A stretch of 51,683 nt of DNA from Gemmatimonadales bacterium (GTDB lineage Bacteria; Gemmatimonadota; Gemmatimonadetes; Gemmatimonadales; GWC2-71-9): NCBI GenBank assembly GCA_036559785.1, contig DATBSM010000029.1:1-51683 (forward strand), written 5' to 3'. Within the stretch, counting starts at the first letter, position 1. Each line of letters starts with the position of its first letter. The notes beneath the pieces are model-generated. The model saw nothing but the letters and a program-made list of their open reading frames with translations, was not told the origin of the DNA and did no database searches. Below are positions 29,561-39,731 of this stretch, piece after piece. A program made the translations under genes and the position numbers.

Positions 29561-30009
29561 GCGCTAGCCTTCGACGGGGTAACGGAAAACGGTTTGGGCT
29601 GCTGGGCTACGTGGGGGTGCTCGGCGCCGGCGTAGACCTTGAGCTTGCCACGCATGTGCTGCTTGGCCAGCGAGGTTTTTGGCAACATGCCGTAGACGGC
29701 CTTTTCGATGACCCGGTCGGGATGCTTGGCCATCATGTCGCGGGCGGCGGTAAACCGCTCGTGGCCCATGTAGCCCGTATGTGAGAAGTAGCGTTTGTTG
29801 GTCAGCTTCTTCCCGGTCAGCTTGACCTTCGAGGCATTGATGACCACGACGAAATCGCCACCATCCATGTGCGGCGTGTAGGTCGGCTTGTGCTTGCCGC
29901 GAATGAGCTGGGCCACCACGCTCGCCAAACGGCCGAGCGGAACTCCGTCGGCGTCGACAACGTGCCAGTCGTGACTGATGTCCGCCGGCGTGGCGGTGAA
30001 GGTCTTCAT
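29557..30009 (-). CDS. rplM: 50S ribosomal protein L13
   Basis: 150 aa from the ATG at 30009. WHVVDADGVPLGRLASVVAQLIRGKHKPTYTPHMDGGDFVVVINA. ATGA overlap with the rpsI start. Confidence 0.97.
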   Translation of the reverse strand: MKTFTATPADISHDWHVVDADGVPLGRLASVVAQLIRGKHKPTYTPHMDGGDFVVVINASKVKLTGKKLTNKRYFSHTGYMGHERFTAARDMMAKHPDRVIEKAVYGMLPKTSLAKQHMRGKLKVYAGAEHPHVAQQPKPFSVTPSKASA

Positions 30010-30085
30010 GTCTTCTGCTACCTTAGGCTTTGGACCGGGCCAAACCGAAACAGACTCACAAGATAGTGGATTCAGTGGGGTTAGG

Positions 30086-30601
30086 TCAAGCTGTCGACTT
30101 CTCACCTTCGAACTCCAGCAGCACCTGCCCCTTCTCTACCGCCTCACCCGGCTGCACCCGAACCACTTTCACCACGCCAGGCGCCGCCGCCTTGAGCTCA
30201 TTCTCCATCTTCATCGCCTCGAGCACTACCAAACTGGAGCCTGCAGCCACCGTCTGGCCGGGCTCGACCTGCACCCGCAGTACGAGTCCGGGCATGGGGG
30301 CCTTCAATACCGGGCTGGCCCGGGGGCGGTCGCCGCTGCTGGTGAGACTTCGGATGTGGCGGGTCCGCTCATCGAGGACCTCGACCTCACGCCGCTCGCC
30401 GCCGGGAGCGAGGGCCCAGCGTCCCCGGCCGAGTGACTCGACGGAGAGTGTGGTGGGCCGGCCGTCGAGCAGCAGGAGGCGCAGCGGGGTCCCCGGGATT
30501 GCGCCAAGGGTCGCCGTGTGGGTCTGGCCTCCCACAATCACCTGGTCGCCATCCACCTCGACCTCGATCACCTGACCATCCAGCAGAATCGCGTATTTCA
30601 C
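30086..30601 (-). CDS. biotin carboxyl carrier / biotin-lipoyl attachment domain protein
   Basis: 171 aa. The C-terminal biotinyl domain has LVVLEAMKMENELKAAAPGVV (biotinyl-Lys motif AMKM). The GTG start overlaps the stop of the upstream methyltransferase (GTGA). Confidence 0.85.
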   Translation of the reverse strand: MKYAILLDGQVIEVEVDGDQVIVGGQTHTATLGAIPGTPLRLLLLDGRPTTLSVESLGRGRWALAPGGERREVEVLDERTRHIRSLTSSGDRPRASPVLKAPMPGLVLRVQVEPGQTVAAGSSLVVLEAMKMENELKAAAPGVVKVVRVQPGEAVEKGQVLLEFEGEKSTA

Positions 30602-31821
30602 GCCGGCTCCAGGACGGCGACCGTCTCGACATGGGCCGTCTGGGGAAACAGGTCGAACGCCTGGACCAGGCAGAGCCGAAGACGTTTCATCCGTTGCAGG
30701 TCCCGGGCGAGGGTGGCTGGGTCGCAGGAGATGTAGACCAGCCGGCTCGGGGCCAGACGGTCGAGCTCCTCGCTCACCCGCTCGTCCATCCCGGTTCTGG
30801 GTGGGTTCACAATCACCATATCGGGGGGATGCAATTCGCGCAGGAGGTCTTCAACCCTGCCGGTGTGGCGTTTTGCCGCCGGGCCCTTCCCCTCGGCCTC
30901 GACCACCGCGCGGCGGTCGATCTCCACGCTCTCGACCATGGCCCCCTTGGCGGCAAGCTGCGCGGTTGTCTCGCCGATGCCGGCGTAGAGATCCCACACC
31001 CGGCGGCCCGACACGTCCCCAAGCTGCTCCATGGCGAAGGCCCGCACCCGATCCCCCATCTCCGGATGAACCTGCTCGAACACGGTGGCGGGAAATGCCT
31101 CTCCGGCCCCGGCCACAGCTCGCGCCGGCCCGCCTTCGGACTGGTACCAGATGGTGACTGGTACCGCCCGCCGCTCGAGCTCCCGGCGGAGTCGCTCGAA
31201 GCCATCCCAGACCTCGCCTTCACCCACCCGGACCAACACGTGCCGGCCGCCGTTGCGGTCGAGGCGGAGAACGATCTGCTCCACCCGCGGTGGGAGAAAG
31301 GGACGAAATGCGCGAATCGCCCGCCACAGCTCCATGAGCTCAGGTACCGTGATGTGACACCACTTCAGGTCGAACACCTGATCGGGCCTTCCGTAGCGAT
31401 GGAGTCCGATCCGGCGTTCGTCCTCGCTCACGTGAAGGGTCAGCTTGGTTCGATAGTCGAAGATTTTTGCGGCGGGAACGATTGGCGGATCAGGTACGTC
31501 CAGCTTCCCCAAACGCCGGAGCGCGTCACCCACAAAGCTGCGCCGGGCAACAAGCTGCGCCTCATAGTTCAGATGCTGGAGCTGGCAGCCACCGCACTCG
31601 TCGGCGGTGTAGTGAAGGCAACGGGGCTCGACCCGATCGGGAGACGCCTCCAACAGCCGGCCCGGCCGCGCCCGGGCAAAGCGCTTGTGCTCCCGCAGCT
31701 CCACCAGCTCTACGAGATCTCCCGGCGCAGTGCGCGGCACGAAGACCGTCTTCCCATCCGGGAGCTTGCCCACTCCATCGCCACCGGAGGCCAGGCGCAG
31801 GATTCGAACCGCCTGTGTCAC
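30598..31821 (-). CDS. RumA/TrmA-family SAM-dependent RNA (uracil-5) methyltransferase with an N-terminal TRAM domain
   Basis: 407 aa. TRAM-like LASGGDGVGKLPDGKTVFVPRTAPGDLVEL, Cys cluster CLHYTADECGGCQLQH, SAM motif VWDLYAGIGE, IVNPPRTG, and catalytic YISCDPATL. The GTG overlaps the accC stop. Confidence 0.88.
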   Translation of the reverse strand: MTQAVRILRLASGGDGVGKLPDGKTVFVPRTAPGDLVELVELREHKRFARARPGRLLEASPDRVEPRCLHYTADECGGCQLQHLNYEAQLVARRSFVGDALRRLGKLDVPDPPIVPAAKIFDYRTKLTLHVSEDERRIGLHRYGRPDQVFDLKWCHITVPELMELWRAIRAFRPFLPPRVEQIVLRLDRNGGRHVLVRVGEGEVWDGFERLRRELERRAVPVTIWYQSEGGPARAVAGAGEAFPATVFEQVHPEMGDRVRAFAMEQLGDVSGRRVWDLYAGIGETTAQLAAKGAMVESVEIDRRAVVEAEGKGPAAKRHTGRVEDLLRELHPPDMVIVNPPRTGMDERVSEELDRLAPSRLVYISCDPATLARDLQRMKRLRLCLVQAFDLFPQTAHVETVAVLEPA

Positions 31822-33311
31822 CTGATCCCTTCAGTTCGGGCCTGCCTGGCCCACTCGCTCGGCGCCCCCGTTTCCGCCGTGGCGGGCGGACGCCGGGCAT
31901 GGCGAGCATGGTCTTCGGCCAGAGCCGCGGCCACGGCGAGATCGAGGATGCGGCCGGGATCGACGCTCTGGGCAAGCAGATCGGTCCGTCGCTCCAGAAA
32001 CTGGATGTCAATCTCGCCTTTCCGGAACGCCGGGTCCGCCATGAGTCGGCGATGAAATGCCTGGTTGGTGGCAACTCCGGCCACCACCAGCTCGTCCAGC
32101 GCCTGCGTCATGCGGGTGATCGCCTGTGCGCGGTCGGGGGCCCACACAATCAGCTTGGCGAGCAGTGAGTCATAGTAAAGCGTGACCTCGTCTCCGGTCT
32201 CCACGCCGGCGTCCCATCGGACGCCGGGGCCGGCGGGCGCCCTCAGATACTCGATGCGGCCGGTGGAGGGCAGGAAGCCATTGGCGGGGTCTTCACTGGT
32301 GATGCGGCACTCCAGCGCCCAGCCCCGCGGATTGAGCCAGCCGGGGTGGACCCGCATGGGGAGACCGCCGGCAATGCGGAGCTGCTCCCGCACGAGATCC
32401 ACGGCGTAGACCAGCTCGGTCACCGGATGCTCCACCTGGATCCGGGTGTTCATCTCCAGGAAGTGGAACGATCCATCTCCGGTAAGGAGAAACTCGCACG
32501 TCCCCGCGCCACGGTAACCGACTGCCTGGGCCGCCGAGACCGCGGCGGCGCCCATTCGCTCGCGAAGGTCCGCCGACACGGCGACCGAAGGCGCCTCCTC
32601 GACCAGCTTCTGGTGGCGCCGCTGGATCGAGCACTCCCGCTCCCCCAGATGTACGGTACGCTTGTCGTCGGCCAGCACCTGGATCTCGATATGGCGGGGC
32701 TGCACGATGAACTTTTCCAGATACACCGTGGGATCACCGAATGACTTGAGCGCTTCCGAAGCCGAGGCTTCCAGGGCTGCGGCCAAAGCCTTCGGATCAT
32801 GCACGACCCGCATTCCCTTGCCGCCGCCACCAGCAGCCGCCTTTACCATCACCGGATACCCGATCTCGGCTGCGGCCACCCCCGCGGCTGCCGGATCGTC
32901 TACCGGCGCACTCCCTCCCGGAACGATCGGCACCCCGGCCTCCTGCATCCGCCGGCGAGCCTCGGTCTTGTCACCCATGGCTCGGATGGCCGCCGGAGGC
33001 GGGCCGACAAAGATGAGCCCTGCCTGCTCGACCGCCTCGGCGAATGCGGCTCGCTCCGCCAGGAACCCGTACCCGGGATGGACCGCGTCGGCACCCGACT
33101 CACGCGCCGCTGCGATCAAACGCTCGATCGAGAGATAGCTCTCGGACGGCCGCGCAGGGCCGATTGCGATTGCCCGGTCCGCCGCGCGCACATGCGGACT
33201 CCGCCGGTCGACGGCGGAGTAGACGGCAACCGCCTCAAGCCCTTCCTCGTGACATGCGCGGATAATGCGGAGAGCGATCTCGCCGCGGTTGGCGATCAGG
33301 ACACGCTTCAT
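31818..33311 (-). CDS. accC: biotin carboxylase subunit (acetyl/propionyl-CoA carboxylase)
   Basis: MKRVLIANRGEIALRIIRACHE, ATP-grasp motif YPVMVKAAAGGGGKGMRVV, EMNTRIQVEHPVTE. 497 aa, with no fused BCCP domain. Confidence 0.95.
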   Translation of the reverse strand: MKRVLIANRGEIALRIIRACHEEGLEAVAVYSAVDRRSPHVRAADRAIAIGPARPSESYLSIERLIAAARESGADAVHPGYGFLAERAAFAEAVEQAGLIFVGPPPAAIRAMGDKTEARRRMQEAGVPIVPGGSAPVDDPAAAGVAAAEIGYPVMVKAAAGGGGKGMRVVHDPKALAAALEASASEALKSFGDPTVYLEKFIVQPRHIEIQVLADDKRTVHLGERECSIQRRHQKLVEEAPSVAVSADLRERMGAAAVSAAQAVGYRGAGTCEFLLTGDGSFHFLEMNTRIQVEHPVTELVYAVDLVREQLRIAGGLPMRVHPGWLNPRGWALECRITSEDPANGFLPSTGRIEYLRAPAGPGVRWDAGVETGDEVTLYYDSLLAKLIVWAPDRAQAITRMTQALDELVVAGVATNQAFHRRLMADPAFRKGEIDIQFLERRTDLLAQSVDPGRILDLAVAAALAEDHARHARRPPATAETGAPSEWARQARTEGIR

Positions 33312-33315
33312 AGGA

Positions 33316-33457
33316 GGGGAAAGATTGGGAAGGAAGGGAAAGACGGGAAGGTCTGGCGGACGCGGAGACAGAATGGTCGGTCAGGTGCTCGAAAGGGAGC
33401 TACGCAGATCACCCCCTCCCGTCATTCCGGTCATTCCCGTCCTTCCCCACTTTCCCG
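33316..33457. repeat. Inverted repeat with 9-mer-array arms (GGGGAAAGA tTGGGAAGGA AGGGAAAGA CGGGAAGGT ... TCATTCCGG TCATTCCCG TCCTTCCCC ACTTTCCCG) filling the spacer upstream of accC
   Basis: Left arm 33316-33352, right arm 33422-33457. About 28/36 positions are complementary colinearly. The right arm abuts the stop (33458) of the upstream gene and the left arm ends 4 nt from the accC ATG (33311). Confidence 0.8.
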
Positions 33458-34486
33458 TCATGGCCTACAGGCTGCCGGCGGCGTGTCTCCAAAAACCGGG
33501 AGGAAGCTGCTGCAGAGGAGCCCGTTGTAGCGTGCGGCGCTGTCGTACACCCCGCGGACCTCGGCGACCCACACCGATCCACCCTGGCGGGTGGCGGCAA
33601 GGAGCTCGGTCAGCGAGAGCGCTTCTGGACCGGGCGGCACCGGACCGCTCACCCTGGCCAGCCGGGACACCGTCCAGGTGAGGGCGGGCGCGGCCGCGCT
33701 GTCAGCTGTGGGCGACAGGCAGAGCGGCCGGCGAGCCGCTACGCTGGCGAGCGCATTCCGGATCGGCAGGGCTGGATCGGTCTCCATGGCCTCGGCCATC
33801 CGGCGGCGATACAGGGAGTCGGTCGCGTATCGCGCTGGGCGGAGCGAAAGGACCCTCCGGGCCAGCAGATCTCCATGATCGTACCAGACCGAAAGCGCCT
33901 CGAGATCGGTTCCCACCAGGAGCACGCCACCGACTGGGCAGGAAGCCAAGAGGTTGGCACCAAGCTCGAGGATAAAGGGCGGCAGCGGCGGGGCGTGCGA
34001 CGCAGCTCGGATCAGGCCAGCGGCGTTCGACCCGGAGTCTTCGAGCAGGACGACTGCGCGCTCCAGCTCGGCCAGACCGCGATAGACCACGCCGGAGTCC
34101 ACCGAGAGCCGAACAGCCTGGTCGAATGCCGTCGCCGCGAAATCCAAATAGAGAAGGCCATCGGGATCTCCCCGGTGGCCCTGGAGGTGCCAGTCACGTG
34201 CATCGAGAAGGTAGAACCGGCCGAGCTGAAACCAGGCGCGTCCGTCGTCGGGCGCGGTGGCGAGGTAGCGGCCGAGCAAGCCAATGGCCATCCGCCGCTC
34301 TCCGGCCCGCTCGAGGGCCGCGGCCCGCGGCGCCACGTTGGGGTCGACCGCTGCCTGTCCGCGGATCTCCCCGGTCACCGCCGCGGATGCGATGGCCAGC
34401 GCCGCCACGCCTTTGCATGAGAGGCGAAGCACCGGGTTAGCTCGGGGTGTCAGCCATGGGAGACGGGCCTGAAACATGTGTGACAA
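33458..34486 (-). CDS. hypothetical exported protein with a TPR-like N-terminal region
   Basis: 342-aa ORF between the carboxyltransferase and accC. It has a hydrophobic segment (VAALAIASAAVTG) and a helical-repeat-like stretch (GRAWFQLGRFYLLDARDW). I recognise no family. The start is the TTG at 34486 or the ATG at 34477. Confidence 0.6.
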   Translation of the reverse strand: MSHMFQARLPWLTPRANPVLRLSCKGVAALAIASAAVTGEIRGQAAVDPNVAPRAAALERAGERRMAIGLLGRYLATAPDDGRAWFQLGRFYLLDARDWHLQGHRGDPDGLLYLDFAATAFDQAVRLSVDSGVVYRGLAELERAVVLLEDSGSNAAGLIRAASHAPPLPPFILELGANLLASCPVGGVLLVGTDLEALSVWYDHGDLLARRVLSLRPARYATDSLYRRRMAEAMETDPALPIRNALASVAARRPLCLSPTADSAAAPALTWTVSRLARVSGPVPPGPEALSLTELLAATRQGGSVWVAEVRGVYDSAARYNGLLCSSFLPVFGDTPPAACRP

Positions 34487-34542
34487 AAATGGCTCAGGGG
34501 CCTGGAGTTAGCTAGTAGGGGACGCCGGCCGGGGGCCGGGGC

Positions 34543-36096
<1,554 letters not shown>

Positions 36097-36131
36097 GGGT
36101 GGTCAATATAATGAGAGCCGTACGACCCTGG

Positions 36132-36857
36132 TCATTGCATTGTGGCCCGCAGCTCCACCAAGGCACGGTCGAACTGGTCCACCCGGATCAGCCCCAGCCG
36201 GGGATACTCGATATCGAGGATGACGTACGCGGCGATCGCAATCGTCAGCGCAAAGGCAACCATATGAATCCAGTTGCGCTGCTGTCCCTCTCCCATCCCA
36301 TATCCTGCAAGCAACGCTCCGGCCAGCGCAAAGAGGGCCAGCATGATGTAGACGACTAACGGTGGATGCATCCAGCTGGCGAGCCTTCGAGTCTCCGCCA
36401 TGTCGAACATCTGGTTCATGGCAGGCAAGAGAAGCAGCCTGGCCGGCAGACCACTCTCAGTTCGGCAGACCGCGACCGCCTTGGCCCAGGTTTCCCCTCC
36501 GGCACGTGCGGCCTTGGTTAATTCCTCGGCCGCCGCTTTCGTATCGGGCATCTTCCTGTACGCTGCCAGCCGGGCATCGAGGTAACGCAGGAATCCTTCA
36601 CGAATCTCGGGCTGGGCCTCCGGTGGCAGCAGGTCGATTCGCAACCAGGCCGTGCCGATCGCGTTGACCTCTTCCACGATCAGGTGCTTGCGGTCATTGA
36701 AGCGCTGGGCTGCCCCCGAAAAGGTGAACGCCATCAGCAAGCCGAGCAAGCCGAGGACGGACCCTTCAACCACTCCGACTCCGCCTTGGGAGCCCCCGGC
36801 ATCGCGGGCAGGCCGCCGCGAGCCGACCACCCGTCCCACCTCGATCAGGACCAGCAT
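36132..36857 (-). CDS. DUF4239-like membrane protein
   Basis: VEEVNAIGTAWLRIDLLPPEAQPEIREGFLRYLDARL plus C-terminal TM helices match my memory of DUF4239 (tentative). The first TM helix continues in frame upstream of the ATG at 36857. A CTG at 36908 with a GGAGG 6 nt upstream is a plausible true start. Confidence 0.6.
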   Translation of the reverse strand: MLVLIEVGRVVGSRRPARDAGGSQGGVGVVEGSVLGLLGLLMAFTFSGAAQRFNDRKHLIVEEVNAIGTAWLRIDLLPPEAQPEIREGFLRYLDARLAAYRKMPDTKAAAEELTKAARAGGETWAKAVAVCRTESGLPARLLLLPAMNQMFDMAETRRLASWMHPPLVVYIMLALFALAGALLAGYGMGEGQQRNWIHMVAFALTIAIAAYVILDIEYPRLGLIRVDQFDRALVELRATMQ

Positions 36858-36938
36858 GGCGACGAACAGAAGCCCTGCAAGCGCGAGTGCAAGGAACGTG
36901 AAACTCAGATCTCACCTCCCCAGGTACCGCAGGAATGA

Positions 36939-36976
36939 GAAAGGGCGGGAGAATCTTCCGATCCCTCCGCCCTTTC
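36939..36976 (-). terminator. Candidate intrinsic terminator of rpsA
   Basis: GAAAGGGCGGGAG (36939-36951) pairs with CTCCGCCCTTTC (36965-36976) for 12 bp plus a 1-nt bulge, with a 13-nt loop. The minus RNA reads ...CUCCCGCCCUUUC-UCAUUCC. Confidence 0.5.
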
Positions 36977-36998
36977 CGTGTGCTCCGTCCTCTCCGTC
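36954..36998 (-). repeat. Five phased tandem 9-mers immediately after the rpsA stop (minus strand: GACGGAGAG GACGGAGCA CACGGAAAG GGCGGAGGG ATCGGAAGA)
   Basis: Read directly. On the plus strand, TCCG occupies positions 4-7 of every 9-nt unit. The last units form the 5' arm of the terminator hairpin. Confidence 0.8.
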
Positions 36999-38711
36999 CT
37001 ATTCCGTAGCTGCGCTCTCTTCGTACGCCGGAGGCTTGACCGGCGGAATGATCGGCTCGTCGGGATAGTTGATGACGGCAAGGACGATTCGATGATGGAT
37101 CGGGTCCACCTCGAGCACCTTGAGGTCGACCGGCTGGCCTTCCTTCACCGCGTCGCCCGGGTTCTCGATGTTGGGCACCCCGAGCTGGGACATGGGCACG
37201 AATCCTTCGATATCGTTGCCCAGGTCCACGACGACGCCCTTGTCCATCAGGCGCACGGCGCGACCGCGAAGCTCCATCCCGATGGGATAGGTCTCGCCGA
37301 TCTTGAGCCAGGGGTCTTCCTCGGCCTGCTTGAGCCCGAGCGAGATCCGCTTGTTCTCGGCGTCGATGTTGAGGATCACCACGTCCACCGCATCGCCCTT
37401 CTTCACCACCTCGGACGGATGCTGAACCCGCTTGGTCCAGGACATGTCGGAGATGTGAATCAGACCGTCGATGCCCGGCTCGATCTCGACGAAGGCGCCG
37501 AAGCTGGTGAGGTTCCGAACCTTGCCGTTGATGCGGGTGCCGATGGGATACTTGAGCGGCAGCACCATCCAGGGATCCTGCTCCGTCTGCTTCATGCCGA
37601 GCGAGATCTTCTCCTCGGCCTCGTCCACCTTGAGCACCACGGCCTCGATGGTCTCGCCGATGCTCACGATCTTCGAGGGGTGGCGGACGTTTCGGGTCCA
37701 GCTCATCTCGGAGATGTGGACCAGGCCCTCGATGCCGGGCTCGATCTCGACGAAGGCGCCGTAGTTGGTGATCGAGACCACCTTCCCCTGCACCCGGGTG
37801 CCGACCGGGTACTTGGCGGCCACGTTCTGCCAGGGATAGGACTGGAGCTGCTTCATGCCCAGGCTGATGCGCTCCCGCTGCCAGTCGATGTCGAGGATCT
37901 TGACTTCGACTTCCTTGCCGATGGTCACCATCTCGGTCGGATGGGAGACCCGGCCATAGGACATATCGGTGATGTGCAGCAGGCCGTCTACTCCGCCCAG
38001 GTCGATGAAAGCGCCGAAGTCGGTGATGTTCTTGACTACGCCCTTCCGGACCTGACCCACGGCGAGCTCCTTCATCAGGTGCTCGCGCTTGTGAGCCCGC
38101 TCGTTCTCCAGGATCACCCGGCGGCTGACCACGATGTTCCGGCGCCGCTTGTTGAGCTTGATGATCTTGAACTCGTAGGTCTGACCCAGGAGCTCATCGA
38201 TGTTGGGTACCCGCCGGAGCGCAATCTGGCTGCCGGGCAGGAACGCATCGACGCCCATCAGGTTGACCACCACACCGCCCTTGATCTTCTTGACCAGGGT
38301 GCCCTCTACCGGCTGATCGCTCTCGTGGGCCACGCGGATCTTTTCCCAGACCCGCATGAAGTCGGCCTTCTTCTTCGACAGGACGACGGCGCCTTCCTGG
38401 TCCTCGAGATGCTCGAGGAAAACCTCGACCTCATCGCCCTCCTTGAGGAGATGCGGGTCTTTGAACTCATCCAGCGGCACCGAGCCTTCAGACTTGAAGC
38501 CGACGTCCAGGATCACGGCGTTGTCGGTGACCCGGAGAACCTTGGACTTGACGATCTCCCCCTCGACGATCTGCGACATGGTGCCCTCGTACATCGAGAG
38601 CATCTGCTCGTAGTCAGCGTCGGAGTATTCTTCGTCGTAGAGATCCTGGCGGACGCGCAGGCCGGTCTGGGAGATGAACTGGTCGGTGGAGGGGTTGAGT
38701 TGATCGAGCAT
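36999..38711 (-). CDS. rpsA: 30S ribosomal protein S1
   Basis: 570 aa from the ATG at 38711. Six S1 repeats (for example GEIVKSKVLRVTDNAVILDVGFKSEG, GVVKNITDFGAFIDLGGVDGLLHITDMS). Confidence 0.97.
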   Translation of the reverse strand: MLDQLNPSTDQFISQTGLRVRQDLYDEEYSDADYEQMLSMYEGTMSQIVEGEIVKSKVLRVTDNAVILDVGFKSEGSVPLDEFKDPHLLKEGDEVEVFLEHLEDQEGAVVLSKKKADFMRVWEKIRVAHESDQPVEGTLVKKIKGGVVVNLMGVDAFLPGSQIALRRVPNIDELLGQTYEFKIIKLNKRRRNIVVSRRVILENERAHKREHLMKELAVGQVRKGVVKNITDFGAFIDLGGVDGLLHITDMSYGRVSHPTEMVTIGKEVEVKILDIDWQRERISLGMKQLQSYPWQNVAAKYPVGTRVQGKVVSITNYGAFVEIEPGIEGLVHISEMSWTRNVRHPSKIVSIGETIEAVVLKVDEAEEKISLGMKQTEQDPWMVLPLKYPIGTRINGKVRNLTSFGAFVEIEPGIDGLIHISDMSWTKRVQHPSEVVKKGDAVDVVILNIDAENKRISLGLKQAEEDPWLKIGETYPIGMELRGRAVRLMDKGVVVDLGNDIEGFVPMSQLGVPNIENPGDAVKEGQPVDLKVLEVDPIHHRIVLAVINYPDEPIIPPVKPPAYEESAATE

Positions 38712-38833
38712 TCGAAGAAGAGCCACAGGGTTAGGGTTACCGCGGCACTGGCGGAAGTGCCAGCGACGGGAGCCTAGGAGGATAGCGGCGGAAGCTCCAT
38801 AAGGCAACTTCCAGCATGCGGTTGGCAGTAGCG

Positions 38834-39577
38834 TCAGCGCCGCCGGAAAATCGGGCGGGCCCGCTCCACGATGAATTTCACCTGTTCGGGGAAGTCCATG
38901 GTCGTGGTGTCGAGATGCACGGCATCGTCCGCCGGCCGCAGCGGCGCCACCGCACGGGTAGAGTCGGCGTGGTCCCGGGCGGCCAGTGCCGCGGCCTCGG
39001 CGTCGAGACCTTCCGGCTGCACGACGTCACCACGCTGGCTGAGGCGCCGGCCGGCCCGGGCCTCCGGAGAGGCGGTCAGGAAGATCTTCAAATCGGCATC
39101 GGGGAAGACCACCGTCCCGATGTCTCGCCCGTCCACAACCACGTTCTGGCCGGCGCGGACCATCGCCCGCAAGCGGCCATTGATCCACTCACGCACCACC
39201 GGGATGGCGGAGATGGCGGAGACCCACGACGTGATCTCGGCAGACCGAAGCGCGTCGTCCACCGGCTCTCCCTCCAGATAGGCGGCAAAGCCTGCCTCGT
39301 CCGGTTGGAGCATCAAGCCTCGGTCTTCCGCGGCCCGGAGCAGGAGCTCCGGAGGCAGATCGCGGGCCGGGTCGCCCCCCCGGATCCCTTGCCGCGCCAG
39401 CTCGCGCAGCCCAACCAGAGTAATCCCGCGGTACAGGGAGCCGGAGTCGAGGTGGGCAAAACCCAGGGCGTCCGCGACCGCCCGCGCGGTGCTCGATTTG
39501 CCCGAGGCCGCAGGCCCGTCAATCGCAATGACGCCGCCGGAAAACTGAGACTCGATCGGCAGGCTCTGTTCTCCCAT
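38834..39577 (-). CDS. cmk: cytidylate kinase
   Basis: VIAIDGPAASGKSSTARAVADALGFAHLDSGSLYR (P-loop), VVDGRDIGTVVFPDA. ATG at 39577. cmk-rpsA adjacency as in many bacteria. Confidence 0.93.
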   Translation of the reverse strand: MGEQSLPIESQFSGGVIAIDGPAASGKSSTARAVADALGFAHLDSGSLYRGITLVGLRELARQGIRGGDPARDLPPELLLRAAEDRGLMLQPDEAGFAAYLEGEPVDDALRSAEITSWVSAISAIPVVREWINGRLRAMVRAGQNVVVDGRDIGTVVFPDADLKIFLTASPEARAGRRLSQRGDVVQPEGLDAEAAALAARDHADSTRAVAPLRPADDAVHLDTTTMDFPEQVKFIVERARPIFRRR

Positions 39578-39731
39578 GGGAGCTTCCCTGGCCGAGGCGG
39601 CGGGATTGCAGCCGCTTGAGAGTAATCGGGCACGCGGCGGGTGAGAAGCAGCCGTCACGCCTCCGTGGGTCATTACCTTAGACAGAATCTCGCAGCGACG
39701 GTCCACCTCAAACGACGGAGACGGAAGCGAC

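Noticed and set aside
31800-31810. Minus-strand GGTTCGAATCC, the canonical tRNA T-loop sequence
   Set aside because: It sits in codons 4-8 of the RNA methyltransferase (AVRIL). The flanks do not form a proper T-stem, acceptor stem or anticodon arm, and there is no CCA context. It is a coincidence.
33378-33434. 17-codon mini-ORF (MTGMTGGGDLRSSLSST) inside the purine-rich arm and loop upstream of accC
   Set aside because: The AUGs arise from the GGGAAUGA repeat unit itself. There is no independent coding evidence, and it is too short to evaluate.
36097-36131. Promoter-like ATGACC-N18-TTATAT just upstream of pccB, and TTGCCC-N17-TACTGA at 42199-42227 upstream of the receiver gene
   Set aside because: The hexamer matches are weak (3-4 of 6) and the promoter consensus of this organism is unknown. 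This is not enough support to call features.
36978-38777. 599-aa plus-strand ORF antisense to rpsA
   Set aside because: This is a mirror ORF of a GC3-rich gene. The translation is low-complexity (D/L/G/H-rich, periodic because it shadows the six S1 repeats). There is no start context, and the minus-strand product is an unmistakable S1 protein.
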